Source: Octopus vulgaris
Lineage: Eukaryota
Direction: 5' to 3'
Length of the DNA stretch: 64,000 nt
Assembly (NCBI GenBank): GCA_951406725.2
Contig: OX597815.1
Span: 93,000,001-93,064,000 of the forward strand
In this document: positions 49,879 through 64,000 of the stretch, piece after piece
How positions within the stretch are numbered: position 1 is the first letter of the stretch
Layout of the letters: every line of letters begins with the position of its first letter
Position numbers and translations under genes: made by a program
Notes under the pieces: generated by a model
The model's database searches: none
What the model saw: the letters and a program-made list of their open reading frames with translations, nothing else
What the model was told of the DNA's origin: nothing

Positions 49879-50449
49879 CGGAATTGTTTCTAAATCTGAT
49901 TGGCTAATGTCCATTCCAATGGTTTTTGAACTTATAGAATCACTGTTAGATCTTTCTTTATTTTCTTGTACAATATCAGGCATCGAATGAGCATTAGTGA
50001 AACTTTCAGATGATTTTGTCCCAGAAAGATCTCCTTTTGACTTTCGTAAAGTATTTCGGAATCCTTCAAAAATTGTTTTCTTTGGTTTTGGAGATCCCAC
50101 CTGACTGTTTGTTGGAGATGAAGAAGACGATGGAATTTTCTTCAAGTCTGTAGGTTTTTTTGAATCATGTGTCGTTTGTTTAGAATCTAATGGAGAATTT
50201 GGGCAAGAAAATTGGTTTTCCCGTGTTTCGAGTTGGTCCTCTAAATGAGTGACATCTGTTGGCCAGGGACCTGGTACAGATCGACATCTTGCATGTTTGG
50301 ATGTCTCTAATCGGCCGGATTTATTCTTTGAACTAATACCACTAGATGGAATAGTGTGCGCAGTTTGTAAGTGGTTTAATTTGGCTTGGGCTTTACCAGA
50401 ATTCTTTAAGAGAGCTTCTTTAGCAAGTGTTCCAAAATCAGGTGTTGAT
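49879..50449 (-). CDS. Trio/Kalirin-like gene, most 5' exon identified in the window (Ser/Lys-rich linker STPDFGTLAK...SDLETIP)
   Basis: Polypyrimidine-CAG acceptor at 50450-50451 and GTAAG donor at 49878. 190 open codons, ending in phase 0, which matches the SH3 exon. The sequence itself is not domain-like. Confidence 0.75.
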
Positions 50450-51324
50450 CTGAAAAAGGGGGGAAAAAAGTCAAGTTAACTGCAGATCAAATTAATAAAT
50501 CTTTCTCAGTTATTTCTTATTTTCAACATAATATAATCTTATATGTGTGTGAGTGTATACACACACACATCTACATTTGAAACAGGAATATATAAATATA
50601 CCAGAAAACATGAGAAAATAAAAAAATATGAGAACCTGCTGGAACTGAAACTCATGCTTCCTCATTGACTCATATTAATGACCATTTCACAATGTGTCCC
50701 CAACAAAATCTCCCTCTTATACTAACACCATTAAGCCAGTATGTCAGATTTTGAAATTTTTTGAACCTTGTCTATATCCTGTCTGCCTGTTTTCATTTTG
50801 ATTTCATTATAAGAAAATATCCAAATCTCTTCTTTAGAGGAGTAACATCTCATTTAATTCACTCAGATCAATATATAGGAAAATACTCAGGGTTGGCAGC
50901 TGCATGAAAAACTATTAGCAAATTGGGATGTAATATACTTAATGTAGTGAGCAAAGGAATTTTAGTGATTCAAAATTAAATCTCTAATGAGAAGAAGAGA
51001 AAACTAATTTGGATCAAGAAAAGCAAGGAGACAACCCCAGAATTTAAATTAAATTCAGTAGTATGGTGACAACTCTGGAGATGTTTCAGTTTAATTAGAG
51101 CTTATCAGCAAATCCTTGCCTAATTGTTCTTGCCAGATCTTTAATTAACAGAGATGTATATAGGATTTTAGTGAATAAATGCTGAGTGGAATGATAACTT
51201 AAAAGAATGGCAAGAAAATACCAGGGCACTTGCTGTAGTAAAGACAAATAATAAAGACCACACTAATATACTTAATAGTAACTTATTTGTACTTTATGTT
51301 ACAATCTGTAAATTTGATAACACG

Positions 51325-51652
51325 AAGGTATGTGGCCTAGTAGCTAGAATGTTGGTCTCACAATCATAAAATCATGGACCTGATTTCTGGACTGAGTAGT
51401 GTATTGTATCCTTGAGCAAGTTACTTCATTTCACATAGCTCCAGTCTACTAAGTTAAAATTGAGTAACAGCTGAGTGCTAGTGCAGCTTTCTCCTCCCAG
51501 CAGTTTCATCCTCAACATTCCACTGGCTCAAAGGTCTGAGGGCTGAGAGGGTGTTTGTCTGCTCACAATTACATAGATATCTAAAACTACTAGCAAAAGT
51601 GTGGTACACGCTTCTAGGTCATATTTGCTTAAGAGTGATGGTTACGCTTAAA
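51325..51652 (+). mobile_element. Old SINE, same family as 28201-28606
   Basis: TGGCCTAGTAG head, CTTGAGCAAGTTACTTCATTTCAC, and tail TCTGCTCACAATTACA...GAGTGATGG. Confidence 0.65.
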
Positions 51653-54600
51653 GTTTGTTAATTTAAATCTTCAAAACAAACAGGTGAGACAATGAACTGT
51701 ACAAATAAGGTTCAGAACAATCTCAAAATTTAACCCATCCTGGAATAGATTTGCTAATACAGGAAGTAGATTATTCTGTTAATGACAAATAGTACAATGG
51801 TCACTAAATCACACTATCAATATGATGATGTGGACTCAAGTCTTACAAAGTTCTGGCATTTTAATTCTCTTTTCAATGTATTTTATCAATATCTGTTTGC
51901 TTAAAATGTAAAGACGTATTCCTTAACCAACTATATTTCATAATACAATACATACACATATTTTTACATTTCCCTACATATATATATATTTGAATTTAAG
52001 AATTTATGAAATTTCAGTTAGTTTATTTATTATTAAGCTTACTCTTAAAAAGTGTTTTAAAAGCGTTTACAATTATAGACAATATTTACTTGCTATTTTC
52101 GTAAAATATTTAAGAAGATATGTCCGTTTGAAAAAATCTCATTATATTTTAAAAGGGAATTTGTTAATCTTAAATAAAACCTGTTTTTAATGATGTAGAA
52201 ACAGCTATAACTTGATTTGTCATTTGTTTATATAGAAATAATGAAAATGAATTGAATTTATCATTTAATGATTCAATTATTTAATTATTCAATCTATTAT
52301 TTTGTTTCTATTTCTGATTTATATATATATATATATGTATATATATAAAAAGAGAGATTCCATTAAAACAATTATCAATAATGTTTATTTAGTATCTGCT
52401 CAAGCATATGGAAAAGCTTACAGTAATTTTATTTTCCCCCCGACCCTTGTTTACTTACTGGATGTTAAGCAGGGTTCCTATTTGACACAGTCAGGCAGAC
52501 TATGGCAACTAGTGTTATGCAACTTGCATTTACAACACCTATTGATTATGGAAAATATTTTGAACAACTAATAACCAATGGTTAGAGCCAGCAGTTCAAC
52601 ACTGTACAGCCACTGCAGATTAGACTTTATGTTTTTAAATACTCCTCATGAAATAATTTTATTGCTTGGATTTTCAGTTACATGGCCACTCTACATTACA
52701 CTTCTTTGTAATTGATTACTAGCATTGTGGACTAACATCCAAGTCCTGTAAAAGGAGCTTTCTATGATAGCTACATGATTCACTGAACCCATATCTTTTA
52801 CTGCTCATGTGTGTGTGTGGTCAATTGGACTTTACAGCAGATGCAGGCTGTTTCAATGTTTTCATACCTCACTATAATAAGATATGTAAAAATTCTTTGA
52901 AATGGGCCACACATGTGCACAGTCAATAAGTTGATTAAAGAATAAACATTCTTTATGTGTAATTTAAAGACTCCTTTGATTTCCTGATAGACAACACACA
53001 TACACATATATATTACATAGAAACAAATTTTAAGTAATAAAAAAAATACATACATAAATTCACATTTTGATAATATCATTATTTTAAACCTTATACATAA
53101 ATATGACAAATACATACATTATATACAAGAACATAAACATATATATATATGAGAGAGAGAGAGAGAGGGCAAGAGAATAAAAAGACAAAATATTAATATT
53201 AGGTTAGTTTATAGCAAGATTCAAATTACCCATCACCATTTGAAAAAATAAAAAAGAATGTAAAATCAGTTCTGAGTGGAGTGTATATAGAGAGGAGAAG
53301 GTTAGTGTAGCAGCATCAACAGTGGCTGGAGCAATGTGATGATGATGTCTTAAAAGCAAGGGTTTAGGGAGTAAATCATAACTGGATATCTTCAATACAA
53401 TTATGCCAGTGAAAATCTGAGATGATGATGATTTGTGTTCACTTGTTATAAGACCAATTCTTATAGGTGAGTACTTTTAGGAAGTTGTTTAGTTCCAAAT
53501 CAGTTCTGACAAAGCAGACTTATGCATTCCAACCATGACCATCCAGTTTTTTGGATATCAAGAACTACATTGTGCTATATGCACTTTCTCTCTTTCTTTT
53601 CTTTTAAGATGGTAGAGTGTGATCTGAGGAAGATTTGGTTGTAATTTCTTGCAGGTTGAACAACATCCAAAAAGCTTCACCCACTGGCTTGGTTTGTATA
53701 CTCAGCTGAACCAATGTTATCTTGAATAACTCCCAAGGGGAAGGAATGTGAAGTTGACCATAGCAGGATTTGAGCTGAGAACATAATAGAAAGAGAGTAA
53801 CCTGCTGTCTGAATGATGAGTTAGTAGGACACCCTACTGAGTCTGCCAGCTCTCTATCCTAATAATGACTTCTGACTTGGGCACAAGGCCACAGATCTGT
53901 AGCAAAGGGGTATCACTGATTAAATATATCTCAATATATGAGTGGAACTTACTTTATTTCATCCAATGCAAGAGGATAAAACAAGCAAGTCAAGCTCTGC
54001 AGGTGATTTAGCATTCAGAATATAAAGGGACATAACTAAACACTGCAGGGTAGTTGGCATCACACCCTACTGCTTCCACTAAATTACCATCCTGGAACAC
54101 TAATAATGATAATATCCTATAACAAATTGCACATCTTACATAACAGAAGTATTTACATCAAACTTTAGCATTTTCTCCATTTTTGTTTTGTTTCTTTTTC
54201 ATTTTTTACTCTCAGATTGATAAAGATTGTTGTAAATAAACCATAGAGAGTCTTCACTGCTATTTTTGGCAGCTCATTTAAATAAACTTTGTGTTGATAT
54301 TGTTATTTCAGACGTCAGTTCTGTTTACATTATGATTTGCTAAATGCACATTAAATAATTAATCATAGAAAGTCTATTTACTTTAAGAATATTCAGGAAC
54401 AGTATGCAAACACTATCTCGTGTTTTCACAGACACAGCCCTAAAGTCTTTTCACAAAATGGAATATCATGCAGAGAATATAGTCTGTAAGACTGAAGACT
54501 GGTTTTCTAAACCAGAAGTTGTACTTTTTCTTCCAACTCTCATGCCAAATTTTCATAAACATCAAAGTAGACATGCTTATAAAGAGACAGAAGTACTGAA

Positions 54601-55201
54601 GTAGGATTCATTTTCAGGGAAATCTTCAGTATCAAAGACAGCACTTTATAGGGTTTGGCTTGCATCATTCTAAGATTACAGTGAGCAGCCACTGGCTGAA
54701 ATGTGTCAATATTTAGATGACAAAATGAAGTGTTTGAGAAAACGAAGCATAAAAGCAGGGAAGCAAGGTAGGAGATAGCCATAGATCCCAGTATGGCAAG
54801 AAAAAAATTATTTCAAGGAACCAAAAGATGGATGATATTGGTATGCAGAGGGGGTAAAAAAAAGGCAATTTGAGTACTCACTAGATACAGTGGAGTGGAT
54901 ACTTAACCTGACTTTTGTTTAAGTTTGACATTCAAAGTTGGTAGAAGTAATGCTTGTGTTCACAGACAACACAGACTAGCCTATGGCGGTGAAGATATGG
55001 TCCTGTAGCCTCACACTCATAGAATACAGAAGCTAGCCGAAGAATTAACAGTCTAAACTATTAACATCAATTCTGTTTTAGAAAATGAAAAACTGTTGCA
55101 ATGAAATATTATAGTAACAATATTTTGTTGAAACTGAGAGAATATTTTTGAAATGAAGAATCAGCTATCTTCAAGTAGAGTTTAAACCAATATATATATA
55201 T

Positions 55202-55235
<34 letters not shown>

Positions 55236-56319
55236 AATTGTATCTCTGACTACTACCTCTAAAGCAGAGATAACAATAAAAGTTAATATGTATTTTACTG
55301 AAGTTGTTTGATGGTTCAAATTGACCAGTGGTTTCATCTTGGCCAGAAATCTTCAATCTGCTGATTCTCAGATTCCCAACTAGGATACAACTACTACATA
55401 AATAACTGTGAGTGCTGAACTGTTCAATTACATCAAAACACACACACACACACACACATTTATGAAAAAAATTTCCTCACATTAAAAATTATCAATTATT
55501 TACATTAAAAAAATCCTTAAACAAAAGCAGATTAACACAAACCTTATGAAAGGAATTTTTTGTATAAGTGCTTTATGATTGATTCAGCTTTTCAAAAAGC
55601 TGAAGACAAGCATTTATACACACACACATGCATATATACAAACACACACACACACATTTAAGTAAATAAGGAACAGCTTTTCTTTCAAACATTTTACATT
55701 AAAAATAGAACACAAGAATTTCATCTTTTTTATTAAGATTTTTATATATTTCTTTTAGTTTGGAATATGTGTGCACCTAACTCCATTAACATTTCAAGAC
55801 CTCAGTCTCATCATCTGAATGAACAGATTGTTGTAGTACTGACATGTTGTTTGAGTGCTTTACAGTAGACTGCAAAGGATCATGGGAATACTGTTTATAA
55901 TAGATAGAAATCACCAAAGTTAGATTTAACATAATTTAACAGTTAAGTCCTGGAGCTCAGTGGATTTCATGCTTTATTTTATGTGTGCTGTATCTGCATG
56001 TTGATTTTGGACACAACTTCCATTGCTGATCAAATTTTTTAATGGATTTCTGTGCTATTAATTAATAGTTTTCAACGCATGAGAAAGTGCCATACTTGTT
56101 TCTAATGGGTTATGCAGTTTACAAGTTTCATGTTAACATTACAATTTGAATATTACGTTGGTCATCTGAAATACATCTTGTGGTTTGTAAGTTTGTGCTT
56201 TCATATTGATGATAAAGTTTATATTTTGGTGATTCTGTAATTTATTTCTAACTTTGATTAAGTTGATACATATTGTATTTTATTTAATGATTTTTTTAAA
56301 CAACCCATTAATTCATTAT

Positions 56320-56392
56320 TTTGTTGTATCTCGGGAAGGTCATTATGCTAATAATAAACACATGCACATCAACCCTTCTGAGATACAACAAA
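56320..56392. repeat. Short hairpin / mini-MITE
   Basis: TTTGTTGTATCTCGGGAAGGT ... ACCCTTCTGAGATACAACAAA: ~21-bp arms around a ~31-nt spacer. Confidence 0.7.
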
Positions 56393-57539
56393 GTATGTTT
56401 CAGCAAGTGAGTTGACATCAAGAATCTTGCTAACCAAATACTAAAATGAAATTAATCAATTAATATCTTGCAATCAGGGCTGTGTGTGCTTCGTGTATTC
56501 CTCCTAGGTGCTGCATATGTTGTATCAATGTGGGCTAATTCGTTCTTATGATGTTCTGTGTAGGGATAAATTTACAATCCAATATGGCTCTAGAAGAAAT
56601 TCAGACCACATCACCACACCTTTTTTTTATAGATATAAATACAAGAATTAGGAATAACAGCTTGATGCAGTCCTCTGATTCAGGTTCTGTTGAACAATCC
56701 AAACCATACCAACACTGAAGATGGATGCTAAATGGTGATGGTGATATTGATGACATACAGCACTTCATTATACACAAAAACACCAACAAATACCTATATA
56801 TGTATGGCAATAGTGAATGTGCTTTACCTCTTCAGTTTCACTGCTTTCAGCTTCTATTTGTCCCTGTGCTACATTTTTGGACGATCATCATCATCATCAT
56901 CATTTAACATCCATCTTCCATGTATGCATGGGTAGGACAATAATGTACATTAATTAACTATGACACAAAAAGCCATGGAGAAATCCATGCAAGGAATATC
57001 ATTGCAAGAGCATATTCAAAATGAGATAACTTGAGGACAGACTGGAGTGAATGGCATGATTGTAGAATACCAAAAGCACAAACTGTTGAGTCAGCCATGT
57101 CGCAAACTTCACAGACAACAAATAAATCTGTGCAGTTACTGAGTGGTATCTAAGAGATGAGGAAAAGTTACTTGGAAGGTCCTCATGACAATGGGAAGAT
57201 GATTTAGTTAAATGATTTGGACCAAGATAGAAAAGAATGGTGCAACCAAAAAAGAATTGGAAGCACATGTGATGGCAATAACAACTATATCTATCTATCT
57301 ATCTGAAAAAATCCAGTGAAATCCATGAAGGTAGAGTCAGTAGATCCAGTGGTAATTCAGGTGGAGTACTGGTATGTGGATGAGGAGAGGTGCTGAAAGT
57401 TTGGGAAGTGGTTAAGATATGCAAGTCCAAAGAGTAGGATGTTCAGTCAGGATCAAACTTTATACACTTGCTTGTTGTTCATACACCTGTCTTTGTCTTT
57501 TGTTTTTCTATAAATTTCAACTATCTATCTATATATGTA

Positions 57540-57626
<87 letters not shown>

Positions 57627-58870
57627 TAAAGATCCAGGGATCAAGGTATAGGAAGATAGTAAGCCTTGAGCAGTCTACAAAATTGAATTTCCTGTGAGTC
57701 AACATGGTATTCCTTGACAACAATGTTAACTTCTTTTGATTAAGGTATCTTTGGCCTGATGAGTAACTAGTGGATTACCCTTCGTTTGTAGTCTGGATTT
57801 TTATCTAATCCATTCCCCTAATCTTGTCTGTATGTATGATCAAAATTATTGAAGAGAATAGTACCTTTGATGTTTTAAGTTTAAGTTCTTCTTCAAAAAG
57901 TGTAGAGTAAAGAAAGAAAACAGGAATAACAGAGAAATATGAAACCATCAGTGTGATGTGGAAGAATGTACCTAACTTAAATACAAGGGTTAGCATCAAG
58001 GACGTCCACCTGCAGTTTACTGCCTCTAAAATTCTTGTCTATGAGGGTGAGGGGAGATGTGGAATTGCAGAATGCAGTAAAGGCATCCAGTCTAGGAGAG
58101 TGTTAAAACTTGCATAGAGATGTGCACTCTGCAAGCTACAGGAAAAACAAATTACCTGCCTTTAGAATATTTTGTTACCATCACTGATAGGTAAAGAAGT
58201 GTCAGATATAATAAACATTATGCTTCTCTTTATGAAAGCAAACTGAGCAAAACTCAGCTATCAATAATGCTTACTTCCCATTCTTAATTTGAGCTATCAA
58301 TGATGCTTCTGGTTCTTAGCAAAGAAGTAATCAAATACACACATACATAAACACACATGTACACACACACGCACGCATGCACATACACACAGAGTAACAT
58401 GATAGTTTATGAAATTATACACAAAAAAAAAAAACACACAATACTTTATAATAGAGCAGAACGGATTTTATTCATTGTAAAACTTTTTTATGAGTCACTA
58501 CTCAGAATTTCATCTTCCTGATCTTGAGACAAGAATATATTTGTTGAAAATGTGACTATGAATCTGTTTTAAACATTCTCTGTTCATCATTACAAGTTAA
58601 GAAATCCTATTTGTTATTATACCACAGAAATTCTCTGAGTTCATATAGCTATATTTGTCTTCCTTACATTGGTTTGGTTCTGCAGAATTTGACATAGAAT
58701 ATTGGTCTTACCAGACAGAATTCATGTCTGATAAATGTTTGAAACCAAGATGATGAAGACAAAGATATGAATGCAAATGAGATCTTGAGAAAATGTGTGA
58801 AACACTTGAAAACACACTGGAGAAACCATTCTTGCACAGAATCTTCTATGGAAATTGGTAGACAAAAAAA

Positions 58871-59102
<232 letters not shown>

Positions 59103-61757
59103 ATATAACTGTATAAGGTCCTTTACAACTGACTGAACATGGTTAATGTCTAGCTAAAGGAACAAAGAAACAGTTTAATGACCAACTGAAGGTCATTTTG
59201 AAGAGGAACATTGTCAACCCTTCAAAAGTGGAAAACATTTCTATTTGCCATTCATTTTGGTATTTTCAATGTTGGCAGGGAGAGGAGAAACATACACAGC
59301 ACTGCCAAGAGAAGTCAATGTCTGGCCTCTCTAACCAAATATTTACATGTTTTGTCTGCAATTAATTCAGCGCATCAAAAATTGGAATGTGTAGTCATCA
59401 AAGGACCAGCAAATGAAGAAAGTCATTATCAGATTCAATGAACACCTATAAGCAAGTAAATGAGCAAACAGTGTAAAATGGTGTGTTGAGTTGTGTCCCT
59501 AAATCACAAAAGGTGACTCAATAAACTAAGTACAAGACTGGAGTAAGTACTGAGGTTAATATAATCAAACTAAAATGCTTGAAGGTAGTGCACCAGCATG
59601 GCTATAATCCAATAACTGAAATCTGTAAAAGATTTTCTGTGGTATAATGACAAATAAGATCTGTAAACTTATAAAGATTAAAAGGGAAACTGTTTAAAAC
59701 TGAAACAATTACATTATGGAAGAGTCATGCTAACCATTCAAAACATAGTTAACCCGATGTTAGAGATCTGGTCATAGAGGCACAGTAAATGTTTTTCACG
59801 CTATACAATATATATACAATATATTATCAAATAAATAAAGCAGAAGCGAATATATAAAGTGACTCTACTACAATGTAACTGCTTCAGTTTCAATACATAA
59901 TCTCAGATCACGTCACTTCCCAAACAAGTACATAGTACGTTGAAGTTTAAATCTGAGTTATTTTTAATATATATTGTAAAAAAAAAAAAAAAAGTTGCTC
60001 TTCAAGGTGGTTAAATAAATATTAATATTGAAAACTATTCAATAAGATAAAAAACATAAATCATATTGATAAATAGTTTTTGAAAATATTTATTTAATAT
60101 CATGAATGGAAACTGCCAAGAGTAGAAATTCAGTTTATTGTTAGACATAGTTTATCAGTAAAAACTCAATTTATCAGTTTGAGGTCAATCAATAAAGAGA
60201 CTACTTAGAAACAATAGAGATATTTTTTTAGATTCAAGTTTGTGAAAAATGTCACCGAAATGGAATTTGCATAAGGCAAATATGCAATTCAAATTAAATT
60301 TGAATATATTATTTTCTTTTTCCTTATGAGTGAAATGTTCCATGATAGAAGGCTGAAAGATTAATTTCTTTCTAAACTGCTCTTGGAAAATTGGTAAATT
60401 ATAACTTATTTTAATAACATTTTCTGTGGATAGAAACAGTTTTGACAATTCTAAAAATAATGGATTTTTCATTTAATAAAAGGTATGCAGCAGTGATATC
60501 CTTTAGAGGTTTTATTTTATCATAAATAGTCAAGCTTGTGTGGTTATGTATCACTTTTCTGACAGTAAAATCTCAGACAGAAAGCTGTTGTGTGTGTGTG
60601 TTATGTGAATAAAATGGCGCATGAAGAAACTCACTAAGTTAATATAATCATAAACTATTGTGACAACCCCACTCTCTCATATGATTACACCTTTTGTTTT
60701 TCTAAGAGAAAGAGAGAGGGGGAGACAGAGAGAGATAGACAGAAGATGAAGTTATTTGTCAGTTGAAGAAATGAAAAAAAACAAACAAACAAAAAACACC
60801 CATTTCATCATAATCATTTTAACATCCACTTTTCCATGCTTGCATAGGTCAGATGGAATTTGTTGAGGCAGATTTCTATGGCTGGATACCCTTCCTGTCA
60901 CTAATCCTCACCTGTTGCCAATCAAGGTAATATTCTCCAATGGCTGGACATATTTTCATAGAAGATTAGGAGTAAACAACACCATATATATTATACTAAT
61001 GCTTGTTTTATAACTATCATGTGATGTCAAGACATGAAGACACACACACACTCATGATGGGCTTCTTTCAGTTTCCATCAACTAAATCCATTCACAAGGC
61101 TTTGGTTGACCCAGGGCTATAGCAGAAGTCTCTTCACTAAGATGCCATGGCTAAGACTGAACCCCAAACCATATGGTTTGAAAGCAAACTTCTGACCCAC
61201 ACAACTATGCCTGTACCTATTCCATATTAAAATAAATCCATAGATAAGCTAAAACAATGCCATAAAGGATTTACCAGGATATAGCATTTTCCTTATTAAT
61301 ACACCTCAGAAAATGCGAAATAAGTAATAACTACACTATTTAACATAATTATACTAATTTAACATAATTACACCAAAGTTGGCAGGCATACCAAAATCAT
61401 AGAATGGAAGAATAAAATTTGCTTGGCATTTCACCATGTTTGATATAATTCTAAGATAATAAAAATAGCAAGAACAAGTGACAAACATTAGAAATAAAAG
61501 TTTTTAAAATATTTATATTTCTAATGAAGTTAATATGTCAATTATACACTTAAATGTCTCTGGTGAGTTGTTATTAGCATTGGTAGAGGGAAATTTTAGA
61601 CTGTTAATTTCATAGTTATTTTTAGTGGAGTTCATTTTGTTGCTAGCCTTTAGGCCTGGTCTCTGGTCCAATTATCACTTCTTGCCAACATTCTTAGCAA
61701 CTCTGATAAATGTCATGAGAGTTGCCCTTACTACTCTGACTAAACCATTAAAGAAAG

Positions 61758-61797
<40 letters not shown>

Positions 61798-61801
<4 letters not shown>

Positions 61802-62014
61802 GGGTTACTGAAAAGTTCCTGGCTTTGGGTAAAAGAAAATACAGGAAGATCAGCTAATTATGATTTTATTTAATATATTACCCTCTTAGATTCACACACT
61901 TATTGTAGTGGTCCTTCAGTTTTTCTAAGCCCTGTAAAAGAACTCAGAAGGTTAAGCCTCCAACCAGGCCTTTTGCAATACCCTTAAAACCAGAAACTTT
62001 TCAACACACCCTTG
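61798..62014. mobile_element. Mariner/Tc1-type MITE inserted in (TA)n
   Basis: TA-TGAGGGGTTACTGAAAAGTTCCTGG ... CCAGAAACTTTTCAACACACCCTTG-TA: imperfect ~25-bp TIRs with TA flanks. Confidence 0.75.
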
Positions 62015-63167
62015 TATATATATATATATATAAACAAGAATATTATTGACAGTATTGACAGTCACTTTGAAGTTTCAGCCAGCTAAACCATCTGACTTTG
62101 AACTCACTGCCAATAATATTCTTATTTAAGAATGATAAATTTGCACTCTACAAAAATATACAGAAACCTGTCAGTTTAATGCAAAACTGTTTTTACTATT
62201 ACTGAACATAAAAACAAACAATATATATATCATTTGAAACAGTTTGATCTGTAGGAGGTTTTCTATGTTGTTTAGCTGCGAGTGTGCAGATTTATGATCA
62301 AAACAGTCTATCTCTGACCATATAATCTTATTTTCTGATATGTACATTTAAGATTGTATTATTCAATGTGTCCTTCCTTTCTAAGATGGTTAGGTACGAT
62401 TTGATTGAGATTTGACTGCTATTTCTTGTGGGGTGAGGGATCACACAAACTTCCTTTTATTATTTGGTGCTATATGTGCCTATTAGCATCTCATGCTAAC
62501 ATCTCTATGGGATTGTATCATTAGGTGTCAGACAGTTCGTAATTAACCAATATTTATATAGAACAGTGCTACAAAATTCTCTACTAGTTAATAACATCAC
62601 AGTACAAGACTTTCTTAATTGGAGCTGCTGCTCATAAGAACTGGAGCTCTTGTATATCAATAGGCTTGGTTCCTACAGCTGGATACCCTTCCTATTTTGC
62701 CAACCACTTTACAAGATGTACTGGGTGCAGTCTGACTTGTTTGTAGAAACAGCTACACAGTGAAGAAACTTCACAGTAACAGGCCACTAAATCAGACAAT
62801 TAACAGGCTACTAGATCAGATTAAATAAACTGCACACACACACACACTAGAATACTTGTTGCACTCTTTTTGTTTTTCTTTTTATTACCAGTAGTAGCCA
62901 TAGAATAGTACCAAAAATTGGGTATTTCACTTTAAACCAATCCAACATTTTTTTTTTTCAATTATTTTACTGTACACATTTACTTTTAAAAATTTCATTT
63001 ATTTATATTTTAATTATTATCAACCATCAGCAATAACTAACAGCAATAACAGTTGCTGAGCAAAGAGAGATCAGATACACACTCATTATTAGAAGGTAGA
63101 GATGTAATAGGCAAAAATACCAGCTTCATGTAGCCCTCAAAATCCAGGTGAAATACTCTTAATATGA

Positions 63168-63396
63168 TAAACCCTTTAGCATTTAAACCGGCCATATCCG
63201 GCCAAAAGTATTCTGCCTGTTTTATGTTCAAACTGGCCAGATCTGGTCTCTCACACCAGCCCTACAATATCGTTTTAGAAATTAACAGCTACCTCATCGA
63301 AATCTCATAGCTACAAGATAATGCATGATTAGTTCAAAACAATGTGGATGAAAATGCATTAATTTTGGCAGAATAATGCGAACACTAAAGGGTTAA
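63168..63396. mobile_element. TTAA MITE family 2
   Basis: AACCCTTTAGCATTT ... AACACTAAAGGGTTAA. Confidence 0.8.
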
Positions 63397-64000
63397 AATA
63401 GTGGTAGTACTCTTTATATACAGGATACAAAATCCAACTCCTACTAGAGGCAAGAGAGTGGGTAGTAGAAATATGAATTTGACTTAAGCAAGTGATAATG
63501 ATACAAGTATATACTATTTTTCGTATTTCTTCTTATTCAAATAATATTATTAACAGTGATTTAACTCTGAAAATGTTTAAGAACTTGAATTTATCAATAA
63601 TACTAAACTAATTAATCATTACAACAAAGCAACACTTATCTACACTAATTTCACCAACAATATTGATTCCCGAGCCAATGAGAGAACTTCTGTGTGGTTG
63701 TTCCACCTACTAGAAATAGCAACCAAATCTTCAAATACACCATATTGTCTAAAAAAGAACACAGAGTTGGATAATGTAGTCCTAGGTTCCTTGTTTAAAC
63801 AAAAATGCTCATATGGTCATAGTTAGGATGATTTGATAATAGGTCGTCTGTGCAATCAGAGTTGACCTGAGGATACTAAACAACACCCGGTTTCCACTCT
63901 TATTTCTTATAGTTGTACTTATGGTACTGAACTGATAATTATAATCTTCTCCAAATTTGTGACGGACACATAACTATGTGAAGTACACTTACATATTCAA

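Noticed and set aside
52459-52538. Candidate exon with a GTAAGT donor
   Set aside because: Stops in all frames and no domain similarity.
54882-55052. Candidate upstream exon with a GTGAGT donor
   Set aside because: All three frames contain stops, and the phase needed to join exon 50449 would create TAA.
57750-57790. CTGATGA-GTAA..TTAC hammerhead-like start
   Set aside because: The GAAA half of the core is missing. At best a truncated remnant.
63985-64000. Minus-strand GTAAGT donor at the window edge, possibly the end of the next upstream exon
   Set aside because: Only 8 nt of putative exon are visible, so it cannot be evaluated.

Overview
AT-rich, microsatellite- and SINE-dense metazoan DNA. 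The repeat landscape looks like a coleoid cephalopod, probably Octopus (inference). The window holds the 3' part of one large minus-strand gene, a Trio/Kalirin-family RhoGEF-kinase. I assembled 14 GT-AG exons by hand between 50449 and 1864; their phases are mutually consistent and give about 830 codons: low-complexity linker, SH3, Ig, FN3, Ser/Thr kinase, stop. The upstream exons lie beyond what I could find. Introns contain a young 5'-truncated CR1-type LINE with an unbroken ORF, three decayed RTE LINE copies, several tRNA-derived SINE families, TTAA-, mariner- and foldback-type MITEs, Helitron ends and long (TA)n/(GA)n tracts. The most striking feature is at 42586-43931: a near-perfect ~570-bp-arm palindrome built from a circularly permuted 535-bp unit carrying an intact type I hammerhead ribozyme (retrozyme/Penelope-like). 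It puts one hammerhead on each strand about 120 bp from the SH3 exon. At least five other hammerhead-like motifs are scattered through the introns, and one SINE carries a copy of part of a neighbouring host exon.
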